Positions 26,882-37,395 of a DNA stretch of 64,000 nucleotides are shown piece by piece. Each line of letters opens with the position of its first letter. The first letter of the stretch is position 1. Source of the stretch: Candidatus Kapaibacterium thiocyanatum (GTDB lineage Bacteria > Bacteroidota > Ignavibacteria > Kapaibacteriales > Kapaibacteriaceae); NCBI GenBank assembly GCA_001899175.1, contig MKVH01000014.1, positions 8,907 to 72,906 on the forward strand. Reading direction: 5' to 3'. The notes below the pieces were generated by a model. It saw nothing but the letters and a program-made list of their open reading frames with translations. It made no database searches and was not told the DNA's origin. Both the position numbers and the translations under genes were made by a program.

Positions 26882-29800
26882 CCTGCGCAACCGTCGTTCG
26901 ACGGTACGGCCGATCGCTTCGTCGAGCGAGCGTTCGAGCACGACGATGTTCGCGCGATGCCATTCATCGGTATGCGTCCACCAGTCGCCCAGTCCAGCCG
27001 CCTTGGTGAACAGCAGGCGCGTCCGTACACGTCGTATCGCAGGCATCGTGCGCAGGCACATCCATGCATAGGCCATCATCTGCGGCAGGTACGGTGCGGC
27101 CCGTTGGCCGACGTCGGCCGCAGACGCTACATGGGAGGTCTTCCAGTCCCACACTTCCACGATATCGTCGTCGACCGTCATACGAACGTCGATGACGCCT
27201 TGCAGGATCGTATCACCGAAGGCCGCGATGAGAGGCTCTTCCACGATTGCGTGGTCGAAGACCATGCCCGCGACAGGTGTGGCATGCAACACGGCCAGCA
27301 CTTCGCCGATGGCGAATGTCCGTACGTCGGGTGTGATGATCCGCGTGTCGAGCAGCGTTTCCAGTCGTGCACGTTGTTCCGCCTCGTTCATGGTCACTGC
27401 CGGTAGCATGTGTTGCAACAGGAAGTGCATGAGCGTTCCATAGGCCGGTCCGGTGCTCGAATCGATACCGGTCTCGATCGTCGATGCACTCGGTTCATCG
27501 AGCATGGCCAGTGGATCGAGGAGATCCGTCGCCGTGAGGATGTCGGGGCGATAGTCGATCGCGAGCGGTGCGGAGAGGTCGAGGACGTCGCGTTTTGTGG
27601 TGTCCGGAGGCACATAGCCGGCGGCGTCGTATCTCCCGTATCGTCCATGAATGATGAGGCCATTGGAAAAGGCCCATGCGTCCGGGCGATCCGCGATGGG
27701 AGAACGCGCATCGAGTACGGGCTGCAGGAGGGCGTTCAGTCCCTTCGGTGCCGAGAGGAATCCCCTGGAGGTGATCCCGAACGGCATACTGACGAGCAGA
27801 TGATCCCTGGCACGGGTCATTGCGACATAGAGAAGTCTCCGTTCTTCCGCACCATCACGCAGGATCGTCGCCTGACGATTGATGTCGTGCATGAAGGATG
27901 TCGGGCGCTCGACGGCGCGACCATCGCTCCGGTAGATCCTGTCGGTCAACGACAGGGTGAGTCCCATCTCGTCCGACCATATCCAGCCCGGCGGTGGTAC
28001 GCCTGCATTGGTATCGGCGACGATGACGACGGGGAATTCCAGACCCTTCGATGCATGGATGGTCATGACCTGCACGGCGTCGGGATCCGCCATGAAGGTA
28101 CGTTCCGCCTCCGTATCCCGTTCGGACGGAGGTGTCAACGCATCCACGAGATCGCGTAGCGTCGCACCGGCAGATGTACTCGTATCGTCGAGAATGTCGA
28201 GAGCCTTGTCGACGTTCGCGACGATCTGATCCCTGCGTCGATCACCCGCTATGGAAGGATACCATCGTGACGACGACAGCGCACGGCGGAGCACTTGCGT
28301 CGGCGGAATGAGGCCGATCGTCGTCCGCGCTTCATCCAGTACCTTCCATGCCGCCTGAAGGGATTCGCCTGCACTACCGTTCCTGACCATGCCGGAGAGG
28401 GCATCCCATGCCGAGACCGGGGAGCCGGCGATACGGACCAGGTCGATGTCGTCGACCATCATCATCGGAGAGCGCAGGACGCAGAACAGTGCCAGATCGT
28501 CGGCCGTATCGCTGCACCAGAGCAGCAGGTTGCGGAGGTCCGCGATTTCGGGCCGCGAGAAGAATGCCCGCCCACCGTGTGCCTGGTATGGAATGCCCAG
28601 CGTACGCAAGGCGTCGATCATGACCGGAATGGCCGTCGTACGGCGTACGAGGATGGCGATGTCACCGGGGCCGACTCGCCGCAGGCCCGACGCATCTTCC
28701 ACATGGAGCGGTATCGTGCCGTTCAGGATGTCTGCGACGCCACGGGCGCAGTTGCGCAGTTCGGCCGACAGCGCGGAGTCGTCCACGTCCCGCTCGTCGG
28801 CTTCACCGGAAAGCTGTGTGGCGATGATCGTCATGGAGCCGAGACCGTCGGGCGCGATACGGCCGCAGGCGAGGTCGGTGTAGGCTACGTCGTAGTCGCT
28901 GGCCTGACGGAAGATGTCCGCGCAGAGCGTATTCACCGCCGTCGCCAGTCCGGGAGCCATCCGGAACGACGACGTCATCTTCACCGTATGCCCGATATCG
29001 TCAGCCGCCTTGCGGAACAGGCGCACATCGGCTTCGCGGAACCCATATATACTTTGTTTATCATCACCGACGATATAAAGATTCGGAGCGCGGAGCAGGT
29101 CGACGATCTCGTACTGTAGGGGATTCGTGTCCTGGAATTCATCGACCATCAGGAAGCGGATACCTCTGCGGACATCCGCGGCGATGCGTTCGTTGCGCAG
29201 GAGGTCCCGTGCCATGAGCATCATGTCGTCGAAATCCATACCGTTCCGTTCGATCTTGGCGGCTCTGTAGTGCCTGGCCGCATCGGCGGCGAGATCGAGG
29301 ACGGTATTCATGCAGTCGATCTGCAACAGTTCCGCATCAGTATCGATATCGGCCGTGGCGAACGATGCGATACGTTCCCACGTCGACTTCGAGATCGGTG
29401 TGATATCCCGTACTTCCGGAAAGGCTGCCTGCGCGGACTTCTTGTGTCCGGTGCCACCCTTTGTATAGATGGTGCCGATGAGATGGATGGCTTCTCCGAT
29501 GATGAGAAGCGAGTCGTCGTGCGCACCGTATCTGAGTCTGTCGACGATGCCGTCGATGGTTCCGATCGTCGTTGCGGCTTCCACGATACCGTTGCCGAGC
29601 AATGCGACGAGATTCGTACGAACGGTCAGGAGCAGCGATATCACCGATGAGCGGGCTACGTAGGGCCACGTCTGCAGCCGATGTTGCAGCAGATCCGCCT
29701 CGTCGGAAAACCGGCGCCGCCATTCGTCAATGCGGCTGGCCCGTTCGGACGATGTTCCGAAGGTCATGACGAGCTGCTCGACGTTCGGAGGATCGATTTC

Positions 29801-30274
29801 ATCGAAGAGACGCAGCAGGCGCTCGCGTCGATCGTCACCGGACTGCAGCCACATCCGGACGGTCTGCATTACGGCATCCCGTTGCAGGGAGTACGTTTCA
29901 CGCGGTCCGAGTTCGCGCATGTCGGATTCGAGTCCGAGCTCGTCGGCATACTGCGTGATCAGGCCGCCACAGAAACTGTGGAAGGTACTGATACGAGCCG
30001 TGCCCATATGCTGTGCCCATTCGCGGGCCTGGATACCGATCGTCGGATCGTCCTGCAGATCGTCGAGCCGTTCGCGGATGCGACTGCGCATTTCCGCGGC
30101 GGCCTTGATCGTGAAGGTGATAGCCACGATCTCGTCGAGTTGCGCTTCGCCGGCCAGGAGAATATTGACGAAACGTTCCGTCAGCACTCTGGTCTTGCCC
30201 GAACCGGCATTGGCGAGGACCGCCAGATGGCGGTTCGTCGACAACGCTTCCTGCTGTTCGGGAGTGAACATCAT
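26861..30274 (-). CDS. addA: UvrD-like ATP-dependent helicase/nuclease (AddA/RecB type)
   Basis: ANAGSGKT Walker A, AITFT, STFHSF, VDEFQDTN, VGDDKQSIYGFR, MTIHASKGLEF, LLYVAMTRA; C-terminal nuclease GVIDV...DWKT. Confidence 0.85.
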   Translation of the reverse strand: MMFTPEQQEALSTNRHLAVLANAGSGKTRVLTERFVNILLAGEAQLDEIVAITFTIKAAAEMRSRIRERLDDLQDDPTIGIQAREWAQHMGTARISTFHSFCGGLITQYADELGLESDMRELGPRETYSLQRDAVMQTVRMWLQSGDDRRERLLRLFDEIDPPNVEQLVMTFGTSSERASRIDEWRRRFSDEADLLQHRLQTWPYVARSSVISLLLTVRTNLVALLGNGIVEAATTIGTIDGIVDRLRYGAHDDSLLIIGEAIHLIGTIYTKGGTGHKKSAQAAFPEVRDITPISKSTWERIASFATADIDTDAELLQIDCMNTVLDLAADAARHYRAAKIERNGMDFDDMMLMARDLLRNERIAADVRRGIRFLMVDEFQDTNPLQYEIVDLLRAPNLYIVGDDKQSIYGFREADVRLFRKAADDIGHTVKMTSSFRMAPGLATAVNTLCADIFRQASDYDVAYTDLACGRIAPDGLGSMTIIATQLSGEADERDVDDSALSAELRNCARGVADILNGTIPLHVEDASGLRRVGPGDIAILVRRTTAIPVMIDALRTLGIPYQAHGGRAFFSRPEIADLRNLLLWCSDTADDLALFCVLRSPMMMVDDIDLVRIAGSPVSAWDALSGMVRNGSAGESLQAAWKVLDEARTTIGLIPPTQVLRRALSSSRWYPSIAGDRRRDQIVANVDKALDILDDTSTSAGATLRDLVDALTPPSERDTEAERTFMADPDAVQVMTIHASKGLEFPVVIVADTNAGVPPPGWIWSDEMGLTLSLTDRIYRSDGRAVERPTSFMHDINRQATILRDGAEERRLLYVAMTRARDHLLVSMPFGITSRGFLSAPKGLNALLQPVLDARSPIADRPDAWAFSNGLIIHGRYGRYDAAGYVPPDTTKRDVLDLSAPLAIDYRPDILTATDLLDPLAMLDEPSASTIETGIDSSTGPAYGTLMHFLLQHMLPAVTMNEAEQRARLETLLDTRIITPDVRTFAIGEVLAVLHATPVAGMVFDHAIVEEPLIAAFGDTILQGVIDVRMTVDDDIVEVWDWKTSHVASAADVGQRAAPYLPQMMAYAWMCLRTMPAIRRVRTRLLFTKAAGLGDWWTHTDEWHRANIVVLERSLDEAIGRTVERRLRRSGLRDR

Positions 30275-30280
30275 GATCGG

Positions 30281-31543
30281 TCAGTCATCGGATGGTGAGG
30301 GCAGTATCAGGCAGCGACTCCATCGATCCGGACGGCACCAGCGCCGGGCTGCCGCATTGACGTCGTCGATGGTCACGGCGTTGATCCTGTCGATCGTCAC
30401 ATAGGGATCTTCGGGAACGCCGTCTTCGAACATTCCCTTGCCGAGCATCGTCATCCGTGCCGTCAGTGATTCGAGCGACATGATCTTGCCTGCACGCATC
30501 TGTTCCTTTGCCCTGCGCAGTTCGGCGGGACGCAGACCCTCGCGTGCGACCAGCGCCAGTTCTTCGTCGATGACGGCCAGTGCGCGATCACGGCGCTGCT
30601 CTTCCACACCGGCGTAGATGGCGAAGATTCCGCAGTCGACGAACAGTTGCAACTGCGAATAGACGTTGTAGGCCAGTCCCTTCCGCTCGCGCAGACGTAC
30701 GTTCAGTCGCGAGGACATTCCGTCTCCCAGTGCCGTGTTCAGCAGCATCAGGGCGAACCGTTCGGAATCGCGGTGACCGGGTACGCGCACCTGCCAGAGG
30801 ATGTGGGCCTGCTGGACCGGACGCTCCATGGTCAACGACGAGGTGGAGAGAGAAGGAGGGGCCTTACGCGACAAGGCACGGCCTCGCGGGCGCACATTCG
30901 TCAACGTGCGTTCGGCCAGTGCGATGAAGTCTTCGGGGTCGACGTTGCCCGATACCGTGACGATCAGCGACCCCGCATGATAGTGGCGGGCATGGAAGTT
31001 CCGGACATCGTCGGCCGTGATATTCGCCACGCTGTCCACCGTGCCCACGATGGGAACTCCCAGCGGGTGCCTGCCGAACATCTGTCCTTCACCGGTATCG
31101 AAGATGAATTCTTCGGCTTCGTCCTCGTATGAACGGATCTCTTCGGTGATGATCGTACGTTCCTTCTCCACATCCTTCGGATCGAAGACCGGATTCAGGA
31201 CGACGTCGGCCAACGTACGGAATACGGCGGGGAGGTGTTCGCGCAGGGTTCTGACGTAGTAGCAGGTCTCTTCCTTCGTCGTATATGCGTTGGCATAGGC
31301 TCCGACGTTCTCGAAGTCCCTGGCGATGCGCTGCGTCGTACGTCCGGGTGTGCGTCGGAACGAGGTATGTTCGACGAAATGGGCCACGCCTGCCTGGGAG
31401 CGGGGTTCGTCCCGTGTACCGGCCCGTACCCAGATGCCGACGGCACACGAATCCACGGACGGTACGCGATCGACGATGACCGGAATTCCGTTGGACAGGC
31501 GGGTCGTGAGGGGAGAATATACCGAGCGTGAGGTCGTATCCAT
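30281..31543 (-). CDS. M16 family zinc peptidase (pitrilysin/insulinase)
   Basis: GVAHFVEH (HxxEH), NAYTTKEETCYY, GDGMSSRL...RERKGLAYNVYS. Start placed at MDTTS, downstream of a TATATTTG box at 31575-31568. Confidence 0.9.
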   Translation of the reverse strand: MDTTSRSVYSPLTTRLSNGIPVIVDRVPSVDSCAVGIWVRAGTRDEPRSQAGVAHFVEHTSFRRTPGRTTQRIARDFENVGAYANAYTTKEETCYYVRTLREHLPAVFRTLADVVLNPVFDPKDVEKERTIITEEIRSYEDEAEEFIFDTGEGQMFGRHPLGVPIVGTVDSVANITADDVRNFHARHYHAGSLIVTVSGNVDPEDFIALAERTLTNVRPRGRALSRKAPPSLSTSSLTMERPVQQAHILWQVRVPGHRDSERFALMLLNTALGDGMSSRLNVRLRERKGLAYNVYSQLQLFVDCGIFAIYAGVEEQRRDRALAVIDEELALVAREGLRPAELRRAKEQMRAGKIMSLESLTARMTMLGKGMFEDGVPEDPYVTIDRINAVTIDDVNAAARRWCRPDRWSRCLILPSPSDD

Positions 31544-31650
31544 ACCGTCATCATTGGAAGGAGAGCCCAAATATAGCACCGGGTAGGCAGTGACCGTTGG
31601 CCGTGATCCGGGATATGGCCATTTTCGTATCCGAGTATCACAAGGGGAAC

Positions 31651-32859
31651 ATGCGAGCTCTCATCCGCCTGTTGCTGTCGTTCGACAATCTGATGATCAC
31701 CATCGCCACGTGTATCGCGGCGCTGCTGCTCTATGTCGTGCCGCAGAACTTCGACTTTCTCAGCCCGCTTTCCCAGGCCCTCGGAGACGTTGATCTCACG
31801 GACATCGTGCTGTCCCAGCTCCGTGGCGACGATCATGTCGACGTCGACACGTCGATCGTTCTGGTCAACATCGGTAACGGAGACAGGGCACAGATCGCCG
31901 AACAGCTCCGGAACATCAGCCGTTTCGAGCCGGCAGCCGTAGGTCTCGATGCCTTCTTTCTCGCACAGAAGGACGTCGAGCTGGATTCTGCTCTCGCACG
32001 GGCGCTGGCCGCGACACCGAATCTCGTGATGGTGTCCAGGCTCGAAGCCGACGACGACGGAACCTCGTTCCACGACCTCGTGCGCAGCCGCCCGGAGTTC
32101 GGTCATAGTGCCTATACCGGATTTGCCAACCTCGTCACCGAAGAGGAGAAGGACGTGAAGACGTGCCGCGAGGTATCGTTCGAGGAGAAGGTCGATGGCC
32201 GGACGGAACCGTCATTCCCCATCGCCCTGGCCACGATCGTCGCCCCGGACAAGGCGCGTACCGCTCTGGCACGCGAGCAGACGACGGAGACCATCAACTT
32301 CCGTGGCAACCTCGGGAGCTTCTACCACATCGACGTCGAGCAATCGCTCGATCCGGGGGCCGACCTCTCCGTGGTCAAGGGCAAGGTCGTCCTGATGGGC
32401 TTCCTCGGAGACTACATCGGCGAGAAGAGCGTGGAGGACAAGTTCTTCACGCCCATGAACGAACAATACGTGGGACGCAGTCTGCCGGACATGTACGGTG
32501 TCGTGATCCATGCCAATGTCCTGTCCATGATCCTGTCGGGTGAATACATCGCGACGGCGACATTCGCCCAGAATCTTTTACTCGGTATGTGCGTACTCGT
32601 CCTGAACGTTTTGACGTTTACGTACATTTACACCCGGTACGAAGCCTGGTACGATACACTTGCCCTGGCCATCCAGCTCGTGGAGTCCCTCGCGATCTTC
32701 TATGGAACCATCGTTCTGTTCGATGATTACCACGTCAAGATCAATCCGACACCGGCGCTCCTGGGCGTCTTCCTCGTCGGGACGGTCCATGATCTCTATC
32801 AGGACTCGTTGAAGAAAATCATCCTTCGTACCTTCCGAAAGAAAAGGGCAGAACAATGA
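31651..32859 (+). CDS. CHASE2 domain membrane protein without cytoplasmic output domain
   Basis: IVLVNIG...RAQIAEQL...PAAVGLDAFF...D..LARAL, KGKVVLMG..D.FFTP, MYGVVIHANVLSMIL, then 3 TM helices and a short tail. AAGGGG precedes ATG 31651. Confidence 0.85.
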   Translation: MRALIRLLLSFDNLMITIATCIAALLLYVVPQNFDFLSPLSQALGDVDLTDIVLSQLRGDDHVDVDTSIVLVNIGNGDRAQIAEQLRNISRFEPAAVGLDAFFLAQKDVELDSALARALAATPNLVMVSRLEADDDGTSFHDLVRSRPEFGHSAYTGFANLVTEEEKDVKTCREVSFEEKVDGRTEPSFPIALATIVAPDKARTALAREQTTETINFRGNLGSFYHIDVEQSLDPGADLSVVKGKVVLMGFLGDYIGEKSVEDKFFTPMNEQYVGRSLPDMYGVVIHANVLSMILSGEYIATATFAQNLLLGMCVLVLNVLTFTYIYTRYEAWYDTLALAIQLVESLAIFYGTIVLFDDYHVKINPTPALLGVFLVGTVHDLYQDSLKKIILRTFRKKRAEQ

Positions 32860-33869
32860 GAGCGATACTCCTGACGATGTTCCTGTGTGCAGCCGTGACG
32901 GTGACGTCCGCGCAGGACAGATTCAAGGTTCTTGCGGTGCGGGGCAAGGTGACCTGCAATGCGGGATCGGTCCGTCTAGGTATGAAGCTTGGTCTCAAGG
33001 AACGCGTCACGGTAACGAAGGGCGGCTACGTCAGTCTCGCCCACAACAACGGCCGCACACTCGAGCTGAGCAAGGAAGGCGCATACAAGATCGCCGATCT
33101 CGACAAGGCGGCCACCAGGAAGAGCTCCAGCGTCAGCGGCAAGTTCGCCGCCTATGTCTACAACGAACTGACCGAGGTCGACGAGCCCATCGCATTCAAG
33201 GACGATCACAAGGGGCGCATGAAGACGGTCGGTGCCGTCGAGCGTGCGGATGGCGATGACGTGAGCGTCGTCGATACCATCGATGCCGCAGTAGGTGGTA
33301 TGGGCGAGGCACGACAACTGGCGGTGGTCGCATACAACGGTATGGCCAGGGGGAAGGAACTCGTCGCCATCATGCCCCGGCATACACGACTGATCGGCGA
33401 TAGCGTGACGTTCGTATGGCACAGGCTGCCGAACACGTCGAGATACAAGGTCGTCGTTCTGGACCGTGAGAACAGGGAGATATTCGGCCGTGACGTATCG
33501 GATACGTCGATGATGGTCACGACGGCGCAACTGCCGCTGACGCCTGGCCAGGTCTACTTCTGGCACGTCGAAGGTGGGGGCGGCGTCCGCTCGGACGAGT
33601 ACGCTCTCTATCGTCTGACGCCGGCGGAGCGTGCGGAGGCCGAAGCCGTGGTCCATGGGGCGAAGGACGACATGGACGACGATCAGTCGGCTATCGCACG
33701 GCTGATTCTCGCCGCTGCCTATGAAGATCAGGGATTGATGTACGACGCACATCGTGCGTATATCGACGCGGTGAATATCGCACCGGGCGTACAGAACTAC
33801 AAGCGCCTGCATGCCGAGTTCCTGCGCCGTCAGGGATTGAATTACGACGCCTATCAGGCGTATCGATAG
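32856..33869 (+). CDS. Secreted protein with FecR-like N-terminus, FN3/DUF928-like middle and TPR-like C-terminus
   Basis: Signal peptide; FKVLAVRGKV beta-rich start; GAVER; VTFVW...LTPGQVYFWHV; LAAAYEDQGLMYDA helix; ATGA overlap with the CHASE2 gene. Confidence 0.6.
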   Translation: MRAILLTMFLCAAVTVTSAQDRFKVLAVRGKVTCNAGSVRLGMKLGLKERVTVTKGGYVSLAHNNGRTLELSKEGAYKIADLDKAATRKSSSVSGKFAAYVYNELTEVDEPIAFKDDHKGRMKTVGAVERADGDDVSVVDTIDAAVGGMGEARQLAVVAYNGMARGKELVAIMPRHTRLIGDSVTFVWHRLPNTSRYKVVVLDRENREIFGRDVSDTSMMVTTAQLPLTPGQVYFWHVEGGGGVRSDEYALYRLTPAERAEAEAVVHGAKDDMDDDQSAIARLILAAAYEDQGLMYDAHRAYIDAVNIAPGVQNYKRLHAEFLRRQGLNYDAYQAYR

Positions 33870-33878
33870 GAGAACTAC

Positions 33879-34313
33879 ATGACGCCGGTACAACTCTGGC
33901 TCGTCGCTGCCATCGTTCTGTTCATTCTCGAAGTTATCACACCAGGCTTCGTTCTGGCAAATTTCGGCGTAGCCGCTCTCGCCGCAGGTGTTGTGGCATG
34001 GGCCGGCGGGGGAGAGATCGCCCAGGTCATGACTTTCTGTATCGTCTGCCTGCTGTCCTTCGTGACCATCCGGCCCTTCCTGCAGAAGACCATCTTCCGT
34101 GAAGGAAGGCGTGCGCGTACGGGAACGGATGCGTTGATCGGTCGCATGGCGAAAGTATCGGAAGACATTCCATCGGCACCCGATACCGGGCGCGTGCTCA
34201 TCGACGGCGACGACTGGCGTGCCATGTCGCTGAACGGTGGCGCTATCCATGCCGGGGCCGTGGTGCGTATCGTGCGGGTAGACAGTACGACCGTCATCGT
34301 CAGCGAACAATAG
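33879..34313 (+). CDS. NfeD family protein
   Basis: WLVAAIVLFILEV hydrophobic N-terminus; LIGRMAKV...GRVLIDGDDWRA...G.VVRIVRVD OB-fold; adjacent to an SPFH gene. Confidence 0.9.
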   Translation: MTPVQLWLVAAIVLFILEVITPGFVLANFGVAALAAGVVAWAGGGEIAQVMTFCIVCLLSFVTIRPFLQKTIFREGRRARTGTDALIGRMAKVSEDIPSAPDTGRVLIDGDDWRAMSLNGGAIHAGAVVRIVRVDSTTVIVSEQ

Positions 34314-34337
34314 TCATTCATTCAGCAAGGTCTCGTC

Positions 34338-35309
34338 ATGGAATATGTACTCGGTGCATTGGTCCTGTTCGTCCTCGTCCTTCTCATGAAGGGTATCCGT
34401 GTCGTTCAGCAGGCGGAGACGATCATCATCGAACGTCTCGGCCGCTATCACAGGACGCTGGAAAGCGGCATCAATATCATCATCCCGTTGATCGACAAGC
34501 CGCGTCCGATCGACTGGCGCTTCGTACGCACCGATCCGTCCGGCAAGAGCCTGTACATCGCCATGCGTACGCCGAAGATCGATCTGCGCGAAACCGTCTA
34601 CGACTTTCCGCGCCAGGGTGTGATCACGCGCGACAACGTGACGATCGAGATCAATGCCTTGCTCTACTTCCAGGTCGTGGAACCGATGAAGGCCGTTTAC
34701 GAAATCTCCAATCTTCCCGATGCGATCCAGAAGCTGACGCAGACGACGCTGCGTAACGTGATCGGGGATCTCGAGCTCGACGAGACGCTGACGTCACGCG
34801 ATACCATCAACAGCAAGCTGCGGGCCATCCTCGACGAGGCATCGCACAAGTGGGGCGTGAAGGTCAATCGCGTCGAGTTGCAGGACATCATCCCTCCGCG
34901 GGACATCCAGGAAGCGATGGAGAAGCAGATGCGTGCGGAACGCGATCGTCGTGCCACCATCCTCACGGCCGAAGCCAGCAAGAAGAGCGCCGTCCTCGAG
35001 TCGGAAGGTATGCGCGAGTCGGAGATCAATCGTGCAGAAGGCGAGAAACGTTCGCAGATCCTCATTGCCGAGGGCGAAGCCGAGGCGCGGATGCGTGTTG
35101 CCAACGGAGAGGCCGAAGCCATCAAGAGCGTCGCTTCGGCCGTCGCACAGAGCAAGGGCGATCCCACGCAATACCTGATCGCGATCCGTTACATCGAGGC
35201 CATGAAGGAAATGGCGATGAACGGTAACAAGACGGTCTTCATGCCCTATGAAGCCAGCGGTGTTATGTCGTCGCTCGCCGCCATGAAGGAGATCTGGAAA
35301 CAACCATGA
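34338..35309 (+). CDS. SPFH/stomatin-like (paraslipin/QmcA-type) protein
   Basis: IERLGRY, IDLRE, ITRDNV, QTTLRNVIG, WGVKVNRVE, QMRAERDRRA. Confidence 0.93.
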   Translation: MEYVLGALVLFVLVLLMKGIRVVQQAETIIIERLGRYHRTLESGINIIIPLIDKPRPIDWRFVRTDPSGKSLYIAMRTPKIDLRETVYDFPRQGVITRDNVTIEINALLYFQVVEPMKAVYEISNLPDAIQKLTQTTLRNVIGDLELDETLTSRDTINSKLRAILDEASHKWGVKVNRVELQDIIPPRDIQEAMEKQMRAERDRRATILTAEASKKSAVLESEGMRESEINRAEGEKRSQILIAEGEAEARMRVANGEAEAIKSVASAVAQSKGDPTQYLIAIRYIEAMKEMAMNGNKTVFMPYEASGVMSSLAAMKEIWKQP

Positions 35310-35935
35310 TGACGTACCTGGTTGTCCTTTCACTGGTCGGTGCCAGTCTTCATGGAATGACGGTATCCGACCCCGATGATGTCTGGAAGGCCCTCCATCA
35401 GCGGATGAGGGCCTTCGACACGACGCTGGACTATACACAGGTACGGATGGCCTACGTCCGGTCCTCGGCATACGATCCGTACGGTGAGTTGTCGATGAGC
35501 GATATGATCATGGATGGGGTTCGTGCTCTGGCAGCCGGTAACACCCGACGCGCACGAACCCTCCTGGATTCTGCCGTAGCTGGACAACCACTGAACGTGC
35601 AGGCAAATATTGCCATGGCTACGTTTTTGGAACGTATCGGACGGAATGATACGGCTAAGGCATACAGGAGAATTGCGAATGGAGTATTGAGTGCCCTGAT
35701 GTCGTCCGGGAATGGGCGCTCTGCTTCTACGGCGATGGTGGCTATCAGTACCGGCGAAGAATATGCCTATATGACCATGTTCAACCTGACGCCGCTATTC
35801 GAGATAACACGGTACGTCGATGGCAAGCGGTATAATCTGCGTCAATGCCAAACCGCAGATGGTGACACAGTGCGAATTTGGTTCAATATCGATCTGTCGA
35901 TCGAACGTCTGTCCCGAACGACACGGGAAAGATAG
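35306..35935 (+). CDS. Secreted hypothetical protein (DUF4919-like, TPR-like helices)
   Basis: Signal peptide; LMSSGNGRSASTAMVAISTGEEYA motif and C-terminal IWFNI. Confidence 0.65.
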   Translation: MMTYLVVLSLVGASLHGMTVSDPDDVWKALHQRMRAFDTTLDYTQVRMAYVRSSAYDPYGELSMSDMIMDGVRALAAGNTRRARTLLDSAVAGQPLNVQANIAMATFLERIGRNDTAKAYRRIANGVLSALMSSGNGRSASTAMVAISTGEEYAYMTMFNLTPLFEITRYVDGKRYNLRQCQTADGDTVRIWFNIDLSIERLSRTTRER

Positions 35936-35941
35936 TACGGA

Positions 35942-36937
35942 TCACTCCGGTATCACCGACCACGGAATCGTCCTGCCGGCCCACATCGGTACCACGGAGC
36001 CGTAACGTTCGGGAATGGTCATGGCCTCGTTCGTCAATCGTATGGTGCGTTCGGGAGGCTGGATACGATAGATGCGCTTCGCATTGTCGCTCACGAAGGC
36101 CTGCAGACGATCCAGCGCGTGATGACGTTCGAACAGCTCACCGAGCAAGGGCAGGATGATTGGGGCGGTGAAGACGCCGGCCGCGCATCCGGGACATTCC
36201 TTCTTGTCGATAGGATGCGGCGCACTGTCGCTGCCGAACATCAGTTTCGGGTGGGCCTCCAGCGCCGCTTTCAGCAAGGCGTCGCGGTCCTCGGGGCGCT
36301 TCGCGATAGGCTTGCAGAACAGATGGGGATTCATGAGGCCACCGACGACGTCATCGAGCGTGATGATGAGGTGATGCAGCGTTACCGTCGCATGAAGATT
36401 CTCGTACCGGTCGAGCAACGTGACGGCATCGGCGGTGGTGATGTGTTCCATCGTGATCCGCAGGCGCGGGAACCGTTCCGCGAGATGACGATAGACGTCG
36501 CAGAATTCACGTTCCCGATCCATCACGAAGCCGTGCGTTTCGCCGTGGACGAGCAGGGGAATGTCCTGTTCCTGCATCATGGCGAAGACGTGATCCATCT
36601 TCCCGATCTCCTGGACACCCGCTTCGCTGTTCGTCGTGGCACCGGCGGGATAGAGCTTGATGCCGATGATATGCGGCTTCGCGGCAGCGAGTTCGGCTTC
36701 CGTATAGTCGCGGAAGAACAGCGTCATGTAGGGCTCGAACGCATGCGGGGCGACGGCTGCACGGACTTCCTCCGTATACCACAGAAGGCGCTCGACGGAG
36801 TTCACCGGCGGGAGCAGGTTGGGCATGATGACGCCACCGGCGAAATGGCCGGCGGTGAGTGGAGCCACGAGACGGAGCATGTCGTCCTGCCTGAAGTGCA
36901 GGTGCATGTCGAGCGGAGAGCGGAGGGTGATGGTCAT
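35942..36937 (-). CDS. pyrC: Dihydroorotase (homodimeric, E. coli-like type)
   Basis: Start MTITLRSP at 36937. [47 protein letters not shown]. Confidence 0.95.
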   Translation of the reverse strand: MTITLRSPLDMHLHFRQDDMLRLVAPLTAGHFAGGVIMPNLLPPVNSVERLLWYTEEVRAAVAPHAFEPYMTLFFRDYTEAELAAAKPHIIGIKLYPAGATTNSEAGVQEIGKMDHVFAMMQEQDIPLLVHGETHGFVMDREREFCDVYRHLAERFPRLRITMEHITTADAVTLLDRYENLHATVTLHHLIITLDDVVGGLMNPHLFCKPIAKRPEDRDALLKAALEAHPKLMFGSDSAPHPIDKKECPGCAAGVFTAPIILPLLGELFERHHALDRLQAFVSDNAKRIYRIQPPERTIRLTNEAMTIPERYGSVVPMWAGRTIPWSVIPE

Positions 36938-37395
36938 GATCGTTCCGGATATGCGGGAATGTCGGGGCACATGTCGACGACGCCATCGGCATCCACATGT
37001 GCGCAGTAGGCCGTGAAGCCGTTCGTCAGAAGGACGTACGGCGCCTTCAGCGTGATGTTGTACCAGGCGGACTGGCGTAGCGTATCGGCGGTGACGGGGA
37101 CGCTCGGTGCCTTGCATTCGACGAGGAGGAAGGGCTTGATGTCGGAATCCACCCACAGGATGTCGTAGCGCATACCCTGCTTGTCGATCGTCCGTTCGAT
37201 GGAACCGTGCCCGATGGGATAGCATTTGTCGTTGATGAGCCAGTTGATGACGTGCTGTCTGACCCACTCTTCGGGTGTCAGCACGACGTACTGTTTACGG
37301 ATGACGTCGAAGATGCGCACCGTACCGTCCTCGGTCCGCACGCGAGGTGCGATCGGAGGGAAGATGAGGGACGGTAGTGCGATCAACTCAGACAT
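36934..37395 (-). CDS. Stand-alone type I restriction enzyme HsdR N-terminal-like domain protein
   Basis: [34 protein letters not shown]...YN, LTNG. Confidence 0.85.
   Translation of the reverse strand: MSELIALPSLIFPPIAPRVRTEDGTVRIFDVIRKQYVVLTPEEWVRQHVINWLINDKCYPIGHGSIERTIDKQGMRYDILWVDSDIKPFLLVECKAPSVPVTADTLRQSAWYNITLKAPYVLLTNGFTAYCAHVDADGVVDMCPDIPAYPERS

Noticed and set aside
36934-37395. Type I restriction-modification system
   Set aside because: Only a short HsdR_N-like domain is present; no helicase, methylase or specificity subunits.
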